Notes under the pieces: model-generated
Seen by the model: only the letters and a program-made list of their open reading frames with translations
Told to the model about the DNA's origin: nothing
The model's database searches: none
Shown here: piece by piece, positions 26,628 through 38,427 of the stretch
How the letters are laid out: each line of letters opens with the position of its first letter
Numbering within the stretch: the first letter of the stretch is position 1
Position numbers and translations under genes: made by a program
Assembly: GCA_965208575.1 (NCBI GenBank)
Contig: CBDBOV010000006.1
Span: forward strand, 352,001-416,000
DNA length: 64,000 nucleotides
Direction: 5' to 3'
Source: Spirochaetia bacterium
GTDB lineage: Bacteria; Spirochaetota; Spirochaetia; SZUA-6; Bin103

Positions 26628-28007
26628 CTAGCCGCGCCGCCGGCGGCGGGTCTGCTTGCGGCGCTGCGTGCGAACCACCGAAACGCTGCCTGGGGGCACC
26701 GCTGCGGCTGCGTCGGAGGAATCGCCCGACGCGGAAGCCGCGGCCGGCGCCGGCACCACGGCTCCGGCCGCCGCCGGCGCGCTCGGCTGCGCAACCGGAC
26801 GACTGCGCCGCGCCTGGATGCGGCGCCAGATCAGCACCGTGGGCGCGGCCACGAACATCGAAGAGTAGGTGCCGACCACCACGCCGATCATCAGGCTCAG
26901 CGCGAACGTCTTGATCGACGAGGTGGAGAAGATGTAGATCGCCAGCACCGCTACCAGGGTGGTGACCGAGGTAATGAGCGTACGGCTCAGCGACTGCGTG
27001 ATGCTGGTGTTGATTACCAGCTCGGCGTCGGCGTCGCGCATCAAGGTGTCGTTCTCCCGGATGCGGTCGAAGATGACGATGGTGTCGTTGAGCGAGTAGC
27101 CGACGATGGTCAGCACCGCGGCAATCGTGGCGGTGCTGATTTCGAGCTGCAGCGTACCGAGCACGCCGAGCATGATCGCGATGTCGTGGATCAGGGCCAG
27201 CAGCGCGCCGACCGCGAAGGCGGCGCGGAACCGGAACAGGATGTACACGAAGATCAGCGCGAACGCCACCGTGATCAGCCACACCGCCTGCTCGCCGAGC
27301 AGGCGTGAGAAACTGGGGCCGACGAAGTCGGTCTGCTGGATGGTGATGCGGTCGGCGCCGAACGCCGCCGCGAGCAACTCGAAGATGCGCGCCTCGGTGG
27401 CCTGCTGATCCGGCTCGCCGGCTTCGTCCACGATCAGGTCGGTACGCACGATGTAGCGCTGTTCGCCCGGCGCGCCGGTGGCTTGCAGCGAAGTACGGAT
27501 CGGCTCGAACGCCGCGCGTACCGCTTCGATCGGCGCTTCCCCCGGTGCGCCGGGATCGAGGTAGCCAAGCACCAGGGTCTGTCCCGCCTCGCGAAATCCC
27601 GGCGCCTGCAACTGCTCCGCGGGCGTCGCCGGGGGTGCGGCAAGCTCGACCTCGATGCCGCGAATGGCGCGCAACTCGTCGGCAATGGCGCCGATGGTCG
27701 AGAACTCGTCGAAATCGAGCACGCGCCGCCGCGCGGTGCCGTCCTGCGTCCACTGCAGGGTCAGAAACCCGGCGCGTCCGAGCAGCGGATCGGGTGGCGT
27801 CAACTCCGGCTCCAGGCCGGCGCCGCCATCGCTGATCGCCAGCGCTACGGGAGCGACCTGAAACTGCTGGGCCACGCCGCCGCTCAGGTCCACGCTCAGA
27901 TTCACGCCGCCGCGCAGCATCGTCACGACGATACCGGCCGCGATCAGCGCCACCGAAAGCACCGCCATCTGCGCACGCAGGTTGGTGAATGGGATGACGC
28001 GCTTCAT
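26628..28007 (-). CDS. secF: Protein translocase subunit SecF
   Basis: VDLSGG, FVGPSF, ALIHD, GYSLNDTIVIFDRIREN, LSRTLITS, GTYSS. Confidence 0.97.
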   Translation of the reverse strand: MKRVIPFTNLRAQMAVLSVALIAAGIVVTMLRGGVNLSVDLSGGVAQQFQVAPVALAISDGGAGLEPELTPPDPLLGRAGFLTLQWTQDGTARRRVLDFDEFSTIGAIADELRAIRGIEVELAAPPATPAEQLQAPGFREAGQTLVLGYLDPGAPGEAPIEAVRAAFEPIRTSLQATGAPGEQRYIVRTDLIVDEAGEPDQQATEARIFELLAAAFGADRITIQQTDFVGPSFSRLLGEQAVWLITVAFALIFVYILFRFRAAFAVGALLALIHDIAIMLGVLGTLQLEISTATIAAVLTIVGYSLNDTIVIFDRIRENDTLMRDADAELVINTSITQSLSRTLITSVTTLVAVLAIYIFSTSSIKTFALSLMIGVVVGTYSSMFVAAPTVLIWRRIQARRSRPVAQPSAPAAAGAVVPAPAAASASGDSSDAAAAVPPGSVSVVRTQRRKQTRRRRRG

Positions 28008-29764
28008 CAGGCCGCCTCCCCCGCGGGTCCGAGCCCTGCGCGGCGTCTCCAGTCGATGCTGAGCCGCTCCACGTGCAGCGTCTCGGTGAAGAAGTCGAAG
28101 ATCAGCCGCGACACCACCAGGGCGGTGAACATCGACGACACCACGCCGACCGACAGCGTCACGGCAAACCCCTGGATCGGCCCGCTGCCGAGCTGCGACA
28201 GCGCGATGGCGGCGATGAAGGTGGTGATGTTTGCGTCCATCACGGTCCAGAACGCCTTGCCGAATCCGGCGGTGACGGCGGCGGCGGCCGACTTGCCGAG
28301 GCGGTACTCTTCCTTGATGCGCTCGAAGATGATGACATTGGCATCGACCGCCATGCCGACGGTCAGAATGACGCCGGCGATGCTCGGCAGCGTCAGGGTG
28401 AAGTTGAACACGCTCAGCACCGACACCAGGAAGAACAGGTTGAGGACCAGCGCCAGGTCGGCCACCAGGCCGGCGCCCTTGTAGTACACGAGCATGAAGA
28501 TCAGCACCGCCGCCATGCCGAGGGCGATCGAGTTGAGCCCGGTGCGAATGGCGTCCTCTCCCAGCGATGCGCCGATCGCCTGCTGGCTGAGAATATCGAG
28601 CGGCACCGGCAGGGCGCCGGTCTCCAGCACCAGCGCCAGATCCTCCGCCTCGCTCTGGGTGAACCCGGTCACCTGCACCTGGTTGCGGATCGGCTCCGAG
28701 ATCGTTGCCGCCGCCTTGACCCGGTCATCGAGCACCACTGCCATCACGTTGCCGACGTTCTCGCTGGTCAGCTTGAAGAAGATGTCGCCGCCCTCGCCGG
28801 TGAGGTTGAAGATCACGGTCGGTTGCTGGGTAATGGGATCGCGGCTCACCTGCGCCTGCTGGATGTAGGAACCCTCCAGGCCGATCTGGTCGTTGATCAC
28901 CGTGTACCCGAGCAACTGGTCAACGCCGTAGGCGTCCTTCTCGTAGCGTCCGCGCAGCACGGTGCCGGCGGTGAGGATGGTGTCGTCGCGCGGCTGCCCG
29001 TCGGGACCGAGGAAGCTGCCCGGGTTTTCCGCCTGGTAGCGCCGAAACCGCGCCAGTCCGTCGGTGTCCACGATGTGGAAGTTGAGCCGCCCCTTGCCGA
29101 GAATGAAACTGCGCATCCGTTCCGGGTCCGGCGCGCCCGGCATCTCCACGACGATCTGGTTGTCGCCGCGCTGACGAATCTGCGGCTCGGTAACGCCGAA
29201 CTGATCGATGCGGTTGTTGAGCACCTCCAGGGCGCGCCGCAACGCACGATCCTCCTCCACCGCGCTGAGCGTTGCGCCGGTCTGCGCGCTGAGGCTCTCC
29301 AGGTCGGGTTCGATCACCACGTACATGCCGCCGCTCAGATCGAGGCCGAGCTGAATGCTGCGCGAGCGCAGGTCCTTCAGCGCCAGCAGCTCGGAACGGT
29401 GATGATCCTCCATGGCGACGAACGTCTCGCCCTCGCTCGGGAATACCTTGACCACGGTCGCGACGTCCCAGTTGCGCGGCACGTCGCGCCGTTCCACGCG
29501 CAGCCGCTCGCGCGCCGCCGGCACCAGGTAGCCGAGATCGTCGGGCACCGGATCGCCGGGAGCGCTGCGTGCCAGCTCGATCAGCCGGTTCAGATCCTCG
29601 TCGGCGCGCTGCCGCGCCAGCACGCGGATCTGCTCGCGGGAAGCGTTGGCCTCGCGGCGCTGATCGCCGGTCAGCACCAGGTACCAGCGCACGGTCGGGG
29701 TCAGGAACCACACCGCTACCGCAACGAACGCGAGAATGAGGATCAGTCTGAGGCGTTTGGTCAT
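28007..29764 (-). CDS. secD: Protein translocase subunit SecD
   Basis: LGLDLSGG, NRIDQFGVTEP, GALP, IGASLG, LTVGMAVDANVIIFERIKEE, DANITT. Confidence 0.98.
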   Translation of the reverse strand: MTKRLRLILILAFVAVAVWFLTPTVRWYLVLTGDQRREANASREQIRVLARQRADEDLNRLIELARSAPGDPVPDDLGYLVPAARERLRVERRDVPRNWDVATVVKVFPSEGETFVAMEDHHRSELLALKDLRSRSIQLGLDLSGGMYVVIEPDLESLSAQTGATLSAVEEDRALRRALEVLNNRIDQFGVTEPQIRQRGDNQIVVEMPGAPDPERMRSFILGKGRLNFHIVDTDGLARFRRYQAENPGSFLGPDGQPRDDTILTAGTVLRGRYEKDAYGVDQLLGYTVINDQIGLEGSYIQQAQVSRDPITQQPTVIFNLTGEGGDIFFKLTSENVGNVMAVVLDDRVKAAATISEPIRNQVQVTGFTQSEAEDLALVLETGALPVPLDILSQQAIGASLGEDAIRTGLNSIALGMAAVLIFMLVYYKGAGLVADLALVLNLFFLVSVLSVFNFTLTLPSIAGVILTVGMAVDANVIIFERIKEEYRLGKSAAAAVTAGFGKAFWTVMDANITTFIAAIALSQLGSGPIQGFAVTLSVGVVSSMFTALVVSRLIFDFFTETLHVERLSIDWRRRAGLGPAGEAA

Positions 29765-29797
29765 GGTTCGTTACACGAAGCGCGCCGGGAGCGCGTC

Positions 29798-30166
29798 TTA
29801 CGACTGCTCCTTGTCCTGCGACGCAGGCCGCGACTCGCCCTGACGCTGCTCGAGGATGCTGGTGATCGACGGCTTGGCGAATTCGATCTTGGTGGCGTCG
29901 TCCACCTTGACGGTCACCGCGTCCTCCTTGACCGCGGTCACCACGCCGCGAATGCCGCCCGAGGTCTGTACCCGGTCGCCCTTCTTGAGCTGCGCCAGCA
30001 TCGCCTTGGTTTCCTTCTGACGCCGGTTCTGCGGACGGATCACCAGGAAGTAGAAGATCATGATGATCAGGCCGAAGGTCACCAGCATCGTGGCGAGCTG
30101 GCCGCCGGCGGCCCCGCCGCCGTCAAACTGCAGAAGAGCGAGCATGTTAGTCGCGGTTTCGTTCAT
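29798..30166 (-). CDS. yajC: Preprotein translocase subunit YajC
   Basis: IFYFLVIRPQNRRQKE..LKKGDRVQTSGGIRG. Confidence 0.95.
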   Translation of the reverse strand: MNETATNMLALLQFDGGGAAGGQLATMLVTFGLIIMIFYFLVIRPQNRRQKETKAMLAQLKKGDRVQTSGGIRGVVTAVKEDAVTVKVDDATKIEFAKPSITSILEQRQGESRPASQDKEQS

Positions 30167-30331
30167 CGGGTGTGTCCTTTGCCAATCTCGTTTTGCGCGC
30201 GGACGGCCGGCGCGTGTATCGGCAGCCGGGGAGGCCGAACCTACTACGCGGGCGGCGTTCCGGTCAAACCGAAGCCGCCCTCCCGCGTCGCCGGCCCCGG
30301 GCCGCTGCTGCGCCGGCACGCCGGGGCGTCG

Positions 30332-30622
30332 TCAGGCCACGACCACCCGCTTGATGTTGTCCGGTACGCCATACACGCCGAACAATTTGCGCAGATCCTC
30401 CACCGAGCAGGGCTGGCCGGAGATCTGTTCCATCGCCGCCCGCACCAGTTCCAATTCATCCGCCTTGCCGGAAAACTCGGCCGAACAGAACGCGGCCTTG
30501 TAGAGCCCCTGCTCCAGGAGCCCGGCGGTGCCGAGCTTGCCGTAACGGCGGCGTTGCTGGCCGTGCACCACGGCCTTGTCTCCATCGTAGCCTATGACAA
30601 ACAGAAAGTCTGCGCGATTCAA
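30332..30622 (-). CDS. Small hypothetical protein
   Basis: From TTG 30622: NRADFLFVIGYDGDKAVV..YKAAFCS..LFGVYGVPDNIKRV; GC-typical codon usage. Confidence 0.7.
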   Translation of the reverse strand: MNRADFLFVIGYDGDKAVVHGQQRRRYGKLGTAGLLEQGLYKAAFCSAEFSGKADELELVRAAMEQISGQPCSVEDLRKLFGVYGVPDNIKRVVVA

Positions 30623-30697
30623 CGGTGTGCCGCCCCTCGAGCCCGGACCACGCACCGCGCATCCCCTCCAGCCAAGCACGAGGGGCCGGGCAAGCAA

Positions 30698-30738
30698 AAG
30701 GGGCGCTGCCCTTCGGTGAAGACGGGCGCGCCCCTTTC
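30698..30738 (-). terminator. Probable intrinsic terminator after groEL
   Basis: AAGGGGCGC...GCGCCCCTT stem followed by a T-run on the minus strand. Confidence 0.6.
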
Positions 30739-30772
30739 CCGTGGAGGTGTATCCACCCTGCCGACAGGACGG

Positions 30773-33342
<2,570 letters not shown>

Positions 33343-33344
33343 GC

Positions 33345-34730
33345 TTACATCGAAACGAACAGTTCCTGCGGGCCGCGCAACAGCTCCAGGAAGTAGGAAG
33401 CGAACTCGGCCGCCGGCACGCCATCAACCACGCGATGGTCGAATGCCAGCGACACCGGCAGCACCCAGGCCGCGCGCACGGCGCCGTCCACCACCGCCGG
33501 CGCCTGGTGTATGCGGCCGGCGCCGATGATCGCCACCTGCGGCGGATAGATCATCGGCGAGGCGAACATGCCGCCGAACGGGCCGAAGTTGGTCAGGCTG
33601 AACGTGCCGCCGCGCAGATCCTTGATGCTGATCTGCCGACCCTTGGCGCGCTCGACCATGTCCTTCATCTCGGTGTCTATCTGGCGGATGGTCTTGTTCT
33701 CGACATTGTGAATGACCGGCAGCATCAACCCCGCCTCGGTGTTCACCGCCACCCCGATGTTGATGTCCTTGAATACCGTCAGCTCTTCCGACATCGGGTT
33801 GAAGTGGGCGTTGAGCACCGGATAGCGGCGCAGCGCCGTGGCGAGCGCCTTCATGAAGAACGGCTGGAAGCTCACCCGGACGTCGCGCCCGTGGTTGACC
33901 TTGGCGCGCAGTTCCACCAGGTCGTCCACCACTCCCGTGTCGAAGATGGTGGCCGTGGGGATCTTGCGGCTGCTCTCCATGGTGTGCGCGATGGTCTTGC
34001 GCAGGATGGTCAGCTCGACCGTCTGCCCGAGCGGCAGGTGGGAAGGGGTAACGAGCGGATCGTCGATCAGCGGAAAGGCGAAGTCGGAGCGCCCGGCGCG
34101 CGGCGGGGCCGCGGCGGGCGCGGCGGCCGCCGCCCGCTCCACGTCTTGGCGCTGAATCCTGCCGCCGGCCGCAGCGGGGGCCATCCGCGCCAGGTCGACG
34201 CCGAGGTCACGCGCCAGGCGGCGCGCGGCCGGGGTGACCAGCGGTTCGGCGGCGCCGGCGTCGTCCCGCGACCGGGAGCCGTCGTGCGCTTCGCCGGCGG
34301 CGTCCTCGGGTGCGCCATCCACCTCGGCTTCGGCCGGCTCGGCCGCAGCGGCCGGCGCGTCGAGTTCGTCGCTCGCCGGCAGCGAGTTCGGCGCGGCGTC
34401 GAGGGTGCCTACCAACGCCTGGAACTCGTGCCCGCCGTTGCTGGCGGCGGCGCCGGTCGCCGCGCCGCCGCCAGCGGCCTCGGCCTCGCCGTCGGCAGGG
34501 TCGATGAACGCCAGTGTCTCCCCGACGCCGATCCGATCGCCCACCGCGGAGCCGAACCTGACCACGACCCCGCTGCGCGGCGAAGCGATCTCCGCCACGA
34601 CCTTGTCGGTCTCGACGATCGCCAGGATGTCGCCGGCATCCACCTCGGCGCCGGGTTCTACCTTGAATTCGAGAATCTTGCCCTCGGTAAGACCCTCACC
34701 GATGTCGGGAAACTTGAATTCGTAACTCAT
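33345..34730 (-). CDS. pdhC: 2-oxoacid dehydrogenase E2 (dihydrolipoamide acyltransferase)
   Basis: Lipoyl domain VETDKV, E3-binding TPAARRLA, FSLTNFG, AFDHRVVDG. Confidence 0.93.
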   Translation of the reverse strand: MSYEFKFPDIGEGLTEGKILEFKVEPGAEVDAGDILAIVETDKVVAEIASPRSGVVVRFGSAVGDRIGVGETLAFIDPADGEAEAAGGGAATGAAASNGGHEFQALVGTLDAAPNSLPASDELDAPAAAAEPAEAEVDGAPEDAAGEAHDGSRSRDDAGAAEPLVTPAARRLARDLGVDLARMAPAAAGGRIQRQDVERAAAAAPAAAPPRAGRSDFAFPLIDDPLVTPSHLPLGQTVELTILRKTIAHTMESSRKIPTATIFDTGVVDDLVELRAKVNHGRDVRVSFQPFFMKALATALRRYPVLNAHFNPMSEELTVFKDINIGVAVNTEAGLMLPVIHNVENKTIRQIDTEMKDMVERAKGRQISIKDLRGGTFSLTNFGPFGGMFASPMIYPPQVAIIGAGRIHQAPAVVDGAVRAAWVLPVSLAFDHRVVDGVPAAEFASYFLELLRGPQELFVSM

Positions 34731-34792
34731 CGATCGTTCCTCATGCTTGTCTGACTCATGCTTGTATGAAAGGTCGCGGCGCGGCGAGCCCT

Positions 34793-35770
34793 CTAAAACT
34801 CGACCGTCTCGCGCACCGCGTCAACGATGTGTTCGGCGGTGAGGAAGTAGAAGTGCTCGGCAGCCGGCAGGGGGATCACGGCATCGCTGCCGGTGACCCG
34901 GCGCGGCGGTGCCTCCAGGTGCATGAACAGCTCCTCGGTCACCAGCGCCATCAGCTCCGCCGCCACGCCGAACGAGCGCGGACCCTCGTGCACCACCACC
35001 AGGCGGCCGGTCTTGCGCACCGAGTCGAGCACCGTGTCGCAATCGTACGGGTAGATGGTGCGCAGGTCGATCAACTCGACGCCGATGCCCTGGCCGTGAA
35101 ACCAGTCGGCCGCGGTGCGCGCCTCGCGCATCATCGCCCCGTATGCAATCAGCGTGACGGCGTCGCCCGCGCGCTCCACCCGCGCCCGCCCGAGCGGCAG
35201 GACGTAGGGCGCATCCGGAATGGCCTGCTGCGGCGAGTGGTAGGATCGCTTGGGCTCCATGTAGATGACCGGATCAGGATCGCGGATCGCGGCGAGCAGC
35301 AATCCCTTGGCATCGTGCGGAGTGGACGGAATCACCACCTTGAGGCCGGGCACGTGCCCGAACGTGGCCTCCATGCTCTCGGAGTGATGCTCAAGCGCCT
35401 TCAGGTTGCCGCCGTACGGCATGCGCACCACCATCGGCAGGGTGAGCGCCGCGCGGCTGCGGTTGCGGGTGCGCGCGGCGTGGCACACGATCTGGTTGAA
35501 CGCCGGCCACGCGAACCCGCTGAACTGAACCTCCACCACCGGCTTGAGGCCCGCCATCGCCATGCCCACGGCGGTGCCGACCAGGCCGCACTCGGCAATC
35601 GGGGAGTCGAAGCAGCGGCGCTTGCCGAACCGGCGCTGCAGGCCGGCGGTGGCCTGGAACACGCCGCCGTTGACGCCGATGTCCTCGCCGTAGACGACTA
35701 CCGCGTCGTCTTCTTCCAGGCCTTCCGCCAGCGCCGCGTTGACGGCGCCGAGCAGCGTCGCGGAGTTCAC
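34793..35770 (-). CDS. pdhB: 2-oxoacid dehydrogenase E1 beta subunit
   Basis: YGEDIG..GGVF.AT.GL, DSPIAE, EVQF, EHHSES, PGLKVV, IDLRTIYP. Confidence 0.95.
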   Translation of the reverse strand: MNSATLLGAVNAALAEGLEEDDAVVVYGEDIGVNGGVFQATAGLQRRFGKRRCFDSPIAECGLVGTAVGMAMAGLKPVVEVQFSGFAWPAFNQIVCHAARTRNRSRAALTLPMVVRMPYGGNLKALEHHSESMEATFGHVPGLKVVIPSTPHDAKGLLLAAIRDPDPVIYMEPKRSYHSPQQAIPDAPYVLPLGRARVERAGDAVTLIAYGAMMREARTAADWFHGQGIGVELIDLRTIYPYDCDTVLDSVRKTGRLVVVHEGPRSFGVAAELMALVTEELFMHLEAPPRRVTGSDAVIPLPAAEHFYFLTAEHIVDAVRETVEF

Positions 35771-36834
35771 GTTCCGGTCCGTTCCAGCCGCCGCCGCCGC
35801 TCCGCCAACTGGCGCTGCATCACCGGCGGCACCTCGGCGTACACGTAGCGGAAGGTGTCCTCGAGGGATGGCTTCTCGAACGGCTCGACGGCGTCGAACT
35901 CGCGGCGCGCCCGCTCGCGTGCCTCGCTGATCATCCGGGTGAGCCCGGCGTCATCCATCAGCCCGCGCGCGCGCAGCAGCTTCTGCAGGCGCACGATCGG
36001 ATCGCGGCTCTTCCACTCGGCCACCTCGTCGTCGCAGCGGTAGCGCTTCGGATCGTCGGAGGTGGTGTGCGGCCCGATCCGGTAGGTCACGCCTTCGATC
36101 AAGGTTGGACCCCCGCCGGCGCGCGCCTTGGCCGCGGCCGCGGCCGTGACGGCGTACACGGCGGTCACGTCGTTGCCGTCCACCTGCACGCCCTCGAAGC
36201 CGTACGCCACCGCCTTCTGCGCCAGCGTGCCGCTGGCCGTCTGCTGATCGCGATGCACGGAGATCGCGAACTGGTTGTTCTGCACGAAGAATATGGTACC
36301 CGCCTGCCACAGCCCGGCGAAGTTCAGGGCTTCATGGAAGTCGCCCTCGGAGGTGCCGCCGTCGCCGACGAAGCCGATGGCGATGCGGTCGCTGCCCTGG
36401 TAGCGCTCCGCGAACGCCAGGCCGACCGCGTGCGGCAACTGCGAGCCGATCGGCAGCACGATCGGCGTGACGTGGTACAGCTCGCGCTCGAACGCGCTGC
36501 CATGCTCGTTGCCGAGCCAGTACAGGAAGAACTGCTTCAGTGGCACCCCGCGCGTCAACAGGCCGCCGAGTTCGCGGTAGGTGGGCACGATCCAGTCGTC
36601 CTCGCGCAACGCCATCACCGCGCCGACGCTGTTCGCCTCCTGGCCGGTGGCCGGCGGGTAGGTGCCGAGCCGCCCCTGGCGGTTGAGGCTGAACGCCCAC
36701 TCGTCGGCGGCGCGTGCCTGCACCATGTGGCGATAGGCGGTGCGCAGTTGCGCGTCGGTCATGGTGTGGGAACAGTAGGCCGGATCGGCAGTGTAGGTGC
36801 CGTCCGGCGCCAGCATCTGGACCATTTCTCTCAC
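35767..36834 (-). CDS. pdhA: Pyruvate dehydrogenase E1 alpha subunit
   Basis: RQGRLGTY..GQEA, TPP motif GDGGTSEGDFHE..NNQFAIS, YRIGPHTTSDDP. Confidence 0.95.
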   Translation of the reverse strand: MREMVQMLAPDGTYTADPAYCSHTMTDAQLRTAYRHMVQARAADEWAFSLNRQGRLGTYPPATGQEANSVGAVMALREDDWIVPTYRELGGLLTRGVPLKQFFLYWLGNEHGSAFERELYHVTPIVLPIGSQLPHAVGLAFAERYQGSDRIAIGFVGDGGTSEGDFHEALNFAGLWQAGTIFFVQNNQFAISVHRDQQTASGTLAQKAVAYGFEGVQVDGNDVTAVYAVTAAAAAKARAGGGPTLIEGVTYRIGPHTTSDDPKRYRCDDEVAEWKSRDPIVRLQKLLRARGLMDDAGLTRMISEARERARREFDAVEPFEKPSLEDTFRYVYAEVPPVMQRQLAERRRRLERTGT

Positions 36835-37298
36835 TGCCGCTCCCGAGCGGGCGCCTGGCCGGCCGGCGCACGCTCGGTCGCATTGCTCGGACCGTTGCCG
36901 CCGGCGGGCAAGGTGGACCGCGCGCGGCGGCTGAGGACGAATCCGGTCTGGACGATCCGGATCAGCTCCACGGCCGACTCCACTACCCGTTTCAGACTGT
37001 TGTTGATCCTTTCCTCCTCGCCGGCATCGATGACGTCATCGCCATCGAGTGACTCGGTGATTGCCAGGTTGAGGTCCGCCACCGCGCCGATGAGCAGCGA
37101 CATCTGGCGCGACAGGTGCTTGTAGGAGAACGCGGCCTTGGTATCCACGATGCGGGAAATCGACTCCATGTGGCCCAGGAGGTTGCGCAGCGAGTGCACC
37201 ATCCTGGGGTTGGGGTTGGTCTCCAACTCGAGGCGCCAGTTTTCGAGCCGCGTCGTCGCCTTTGCCAGCAGATCCTGCAGGTCGGCATTGGACGGCAA
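36831..37298 (-). CDS. Hypothetical all-helical protein, first gene of the pdh unit
   Basis: CAGGAG RBS before TTG 37298; its stop overlaps the pdhA GTG (GTGA). Confidence 0.75.
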   Translation of the reverse strand: MPSNADLQDLLAKATTRLENWRLELETNPNPRMVHSLRNLLGHMESISRIVDTKAAFSYKHLSRQMSLLIGAVADLNLAITESLDGDDVIDAGEEERINNSLKRVVESAVELIRIVQTGFVLSRRARSTLPAGGNGPSNATERAPAGQAPARERQ

Positions 37299-37364
37299 CC
37301 GACGCTCCTGTGGATATTGCACCTTTACAGAGGGTATGTCATTTCGTACCATTACGGCAACCGT

Positions 37365-37436
37365 GGCGCCGTACCCAAGAGGTAAGGGAGAGGTCTGCAA
37401 AACCTTTATGCACCGGTTCGATTCCGGTCGGCGCCT
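37365..37436 (+). tRNA. tRNA-Cys(GCA)
   Basis: GGCGCCGTACCCAAGAGGTAAGGGAGAGGTCTGCAAAACCTT...GGTTCGATTCCGGTCGGCGCCT; U73 discriminator, CCA not encoded. Confidence 0.96.
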
Positions 37437-37503
37437 TGCTCCTCCCGCCCGTTCCGCTCCTCCGCCCGCCCTCATCGTGCCCGCCCTGCTCATCCCGCCC
37501 TGC

Positions 37504-38352
37504 TCATCCCGCCGCCCGAGCCGCCGGTTGCGCGGCGCCTGCGAAGTAGGCACGGAGAAACCGGCTCACGCCCTCGTCGTCATTCCCGAACAGCGTTACC
37601 GCGCGCGCGCACTCGCTCACCGCGCGCGGCGCGTGGCGCATCGCGACCGGGAATCGCACCGCCCGCAGCAGCGGTATGTCGTTCACCCAGTCGCCAATGA
37701 ACATCGCGGCATCGAGCGGAAAGTGGAGGCGTCGGGCCATGGCGCGGGCGCCGCGCAGCTTCGTGCAGCCGGCGCTGCGGACGAACAGGCCGTGGCAGCC
37801 GTGGAACGGCGCCTCGGTGAGGTAGACGCTGAGCGCGCCGCCGTCCGCTTCCTGCGCCCCCCGCGCGAGGCGAATGACGCGCCGCGCGGTGGCCGCCAGC
37901 TCGGCACGCCCGCGGGCGGTAAACACCAGGTGGGTCACCCGCCGCAGCGGAGCGTCGCCGAGGCGCCCGACCTGGTCCGACCAGTCGACGTACTGAATTT
38001 CGTCCACCGGCCCGCGCACCTGCGTGGCGCCGCCGGCGAGCACGTAACACGGCCCGCGGCAATCGTGCAGCAGGCGCGCGGCGAGCCGATCGTCGATCGT
38101 GGCGCCGTCCACCCACCGCTGCACGCCGCCGGCGACGTGCACGGCACCGTCCAGGCACACCATCGGGAGGCGCAGCGGCGCCAGGCAGCGGGCGGTGATG
38201 CGCGGCGCCTTGCCGGTGACGGCGAAGATGCTCAACCCGCTCTCCAACAGCGCGCGCAACGTGGCCAGCGTATCGTCGGTGACGCGCTTGTCGCTGGTCA
38301 ACAGGGTGCCGTCCATGTCCAGAGCCAGGGCGGTGATCTCGCAACTCGCCAT
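37504..38352 (-). CDS. Cof-type HAD-IIB hydrolase
   Basis: LDMDGTLL, VTGK, CLDGA, TK, FIGDWVNDIPLL, NDDEGV. Confidence 0.92.
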   Translation of the reverse strand: MASCEITALALDMDGTLLTSDKRVTDDTLATLRALLESGLSIFAVTGKAPRITARCLAPLRLPMVCLDGAVHVAGGVQRWVDGATIDDRLAARLLHDCRGPCYVLAGGATQVRGPVDEIQYVDWSDQVGRLGDAPLRRVTHLVFTARGRAELAATARRVIRLARGAQEADGGALSVYLTEAPFHGCHGLFVRSAGCTKLRGARAMARRLHFPLDAAMFIGDWVNDIPLLRAVRFPVAMRHAPRAVSECARAVTLFGNDDEGVSRFLRAYFAGAAQPAARAAG

Positions 38353-38427
38353 GCGGCGCCGATGTTGTCATGCCGGCTCCCGGCGTGTCGAGTCTGCGGG
38401 CCGGCGGCCCCGGCGGCCCGGACAGCT

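Noticed and set aside
24865-27753. 962-aa ThrS with a long N-terminal extension
   Set aside because: The extension overlaps secF in another frame; the real start is ATG 26613 and the short ThrS form is known
37365-37520. Integrated element at tRNA-Cys
   Set aside because: No integrase, no duplicated tRNA 3' end in the window, and housekeeping-type genes on both sides
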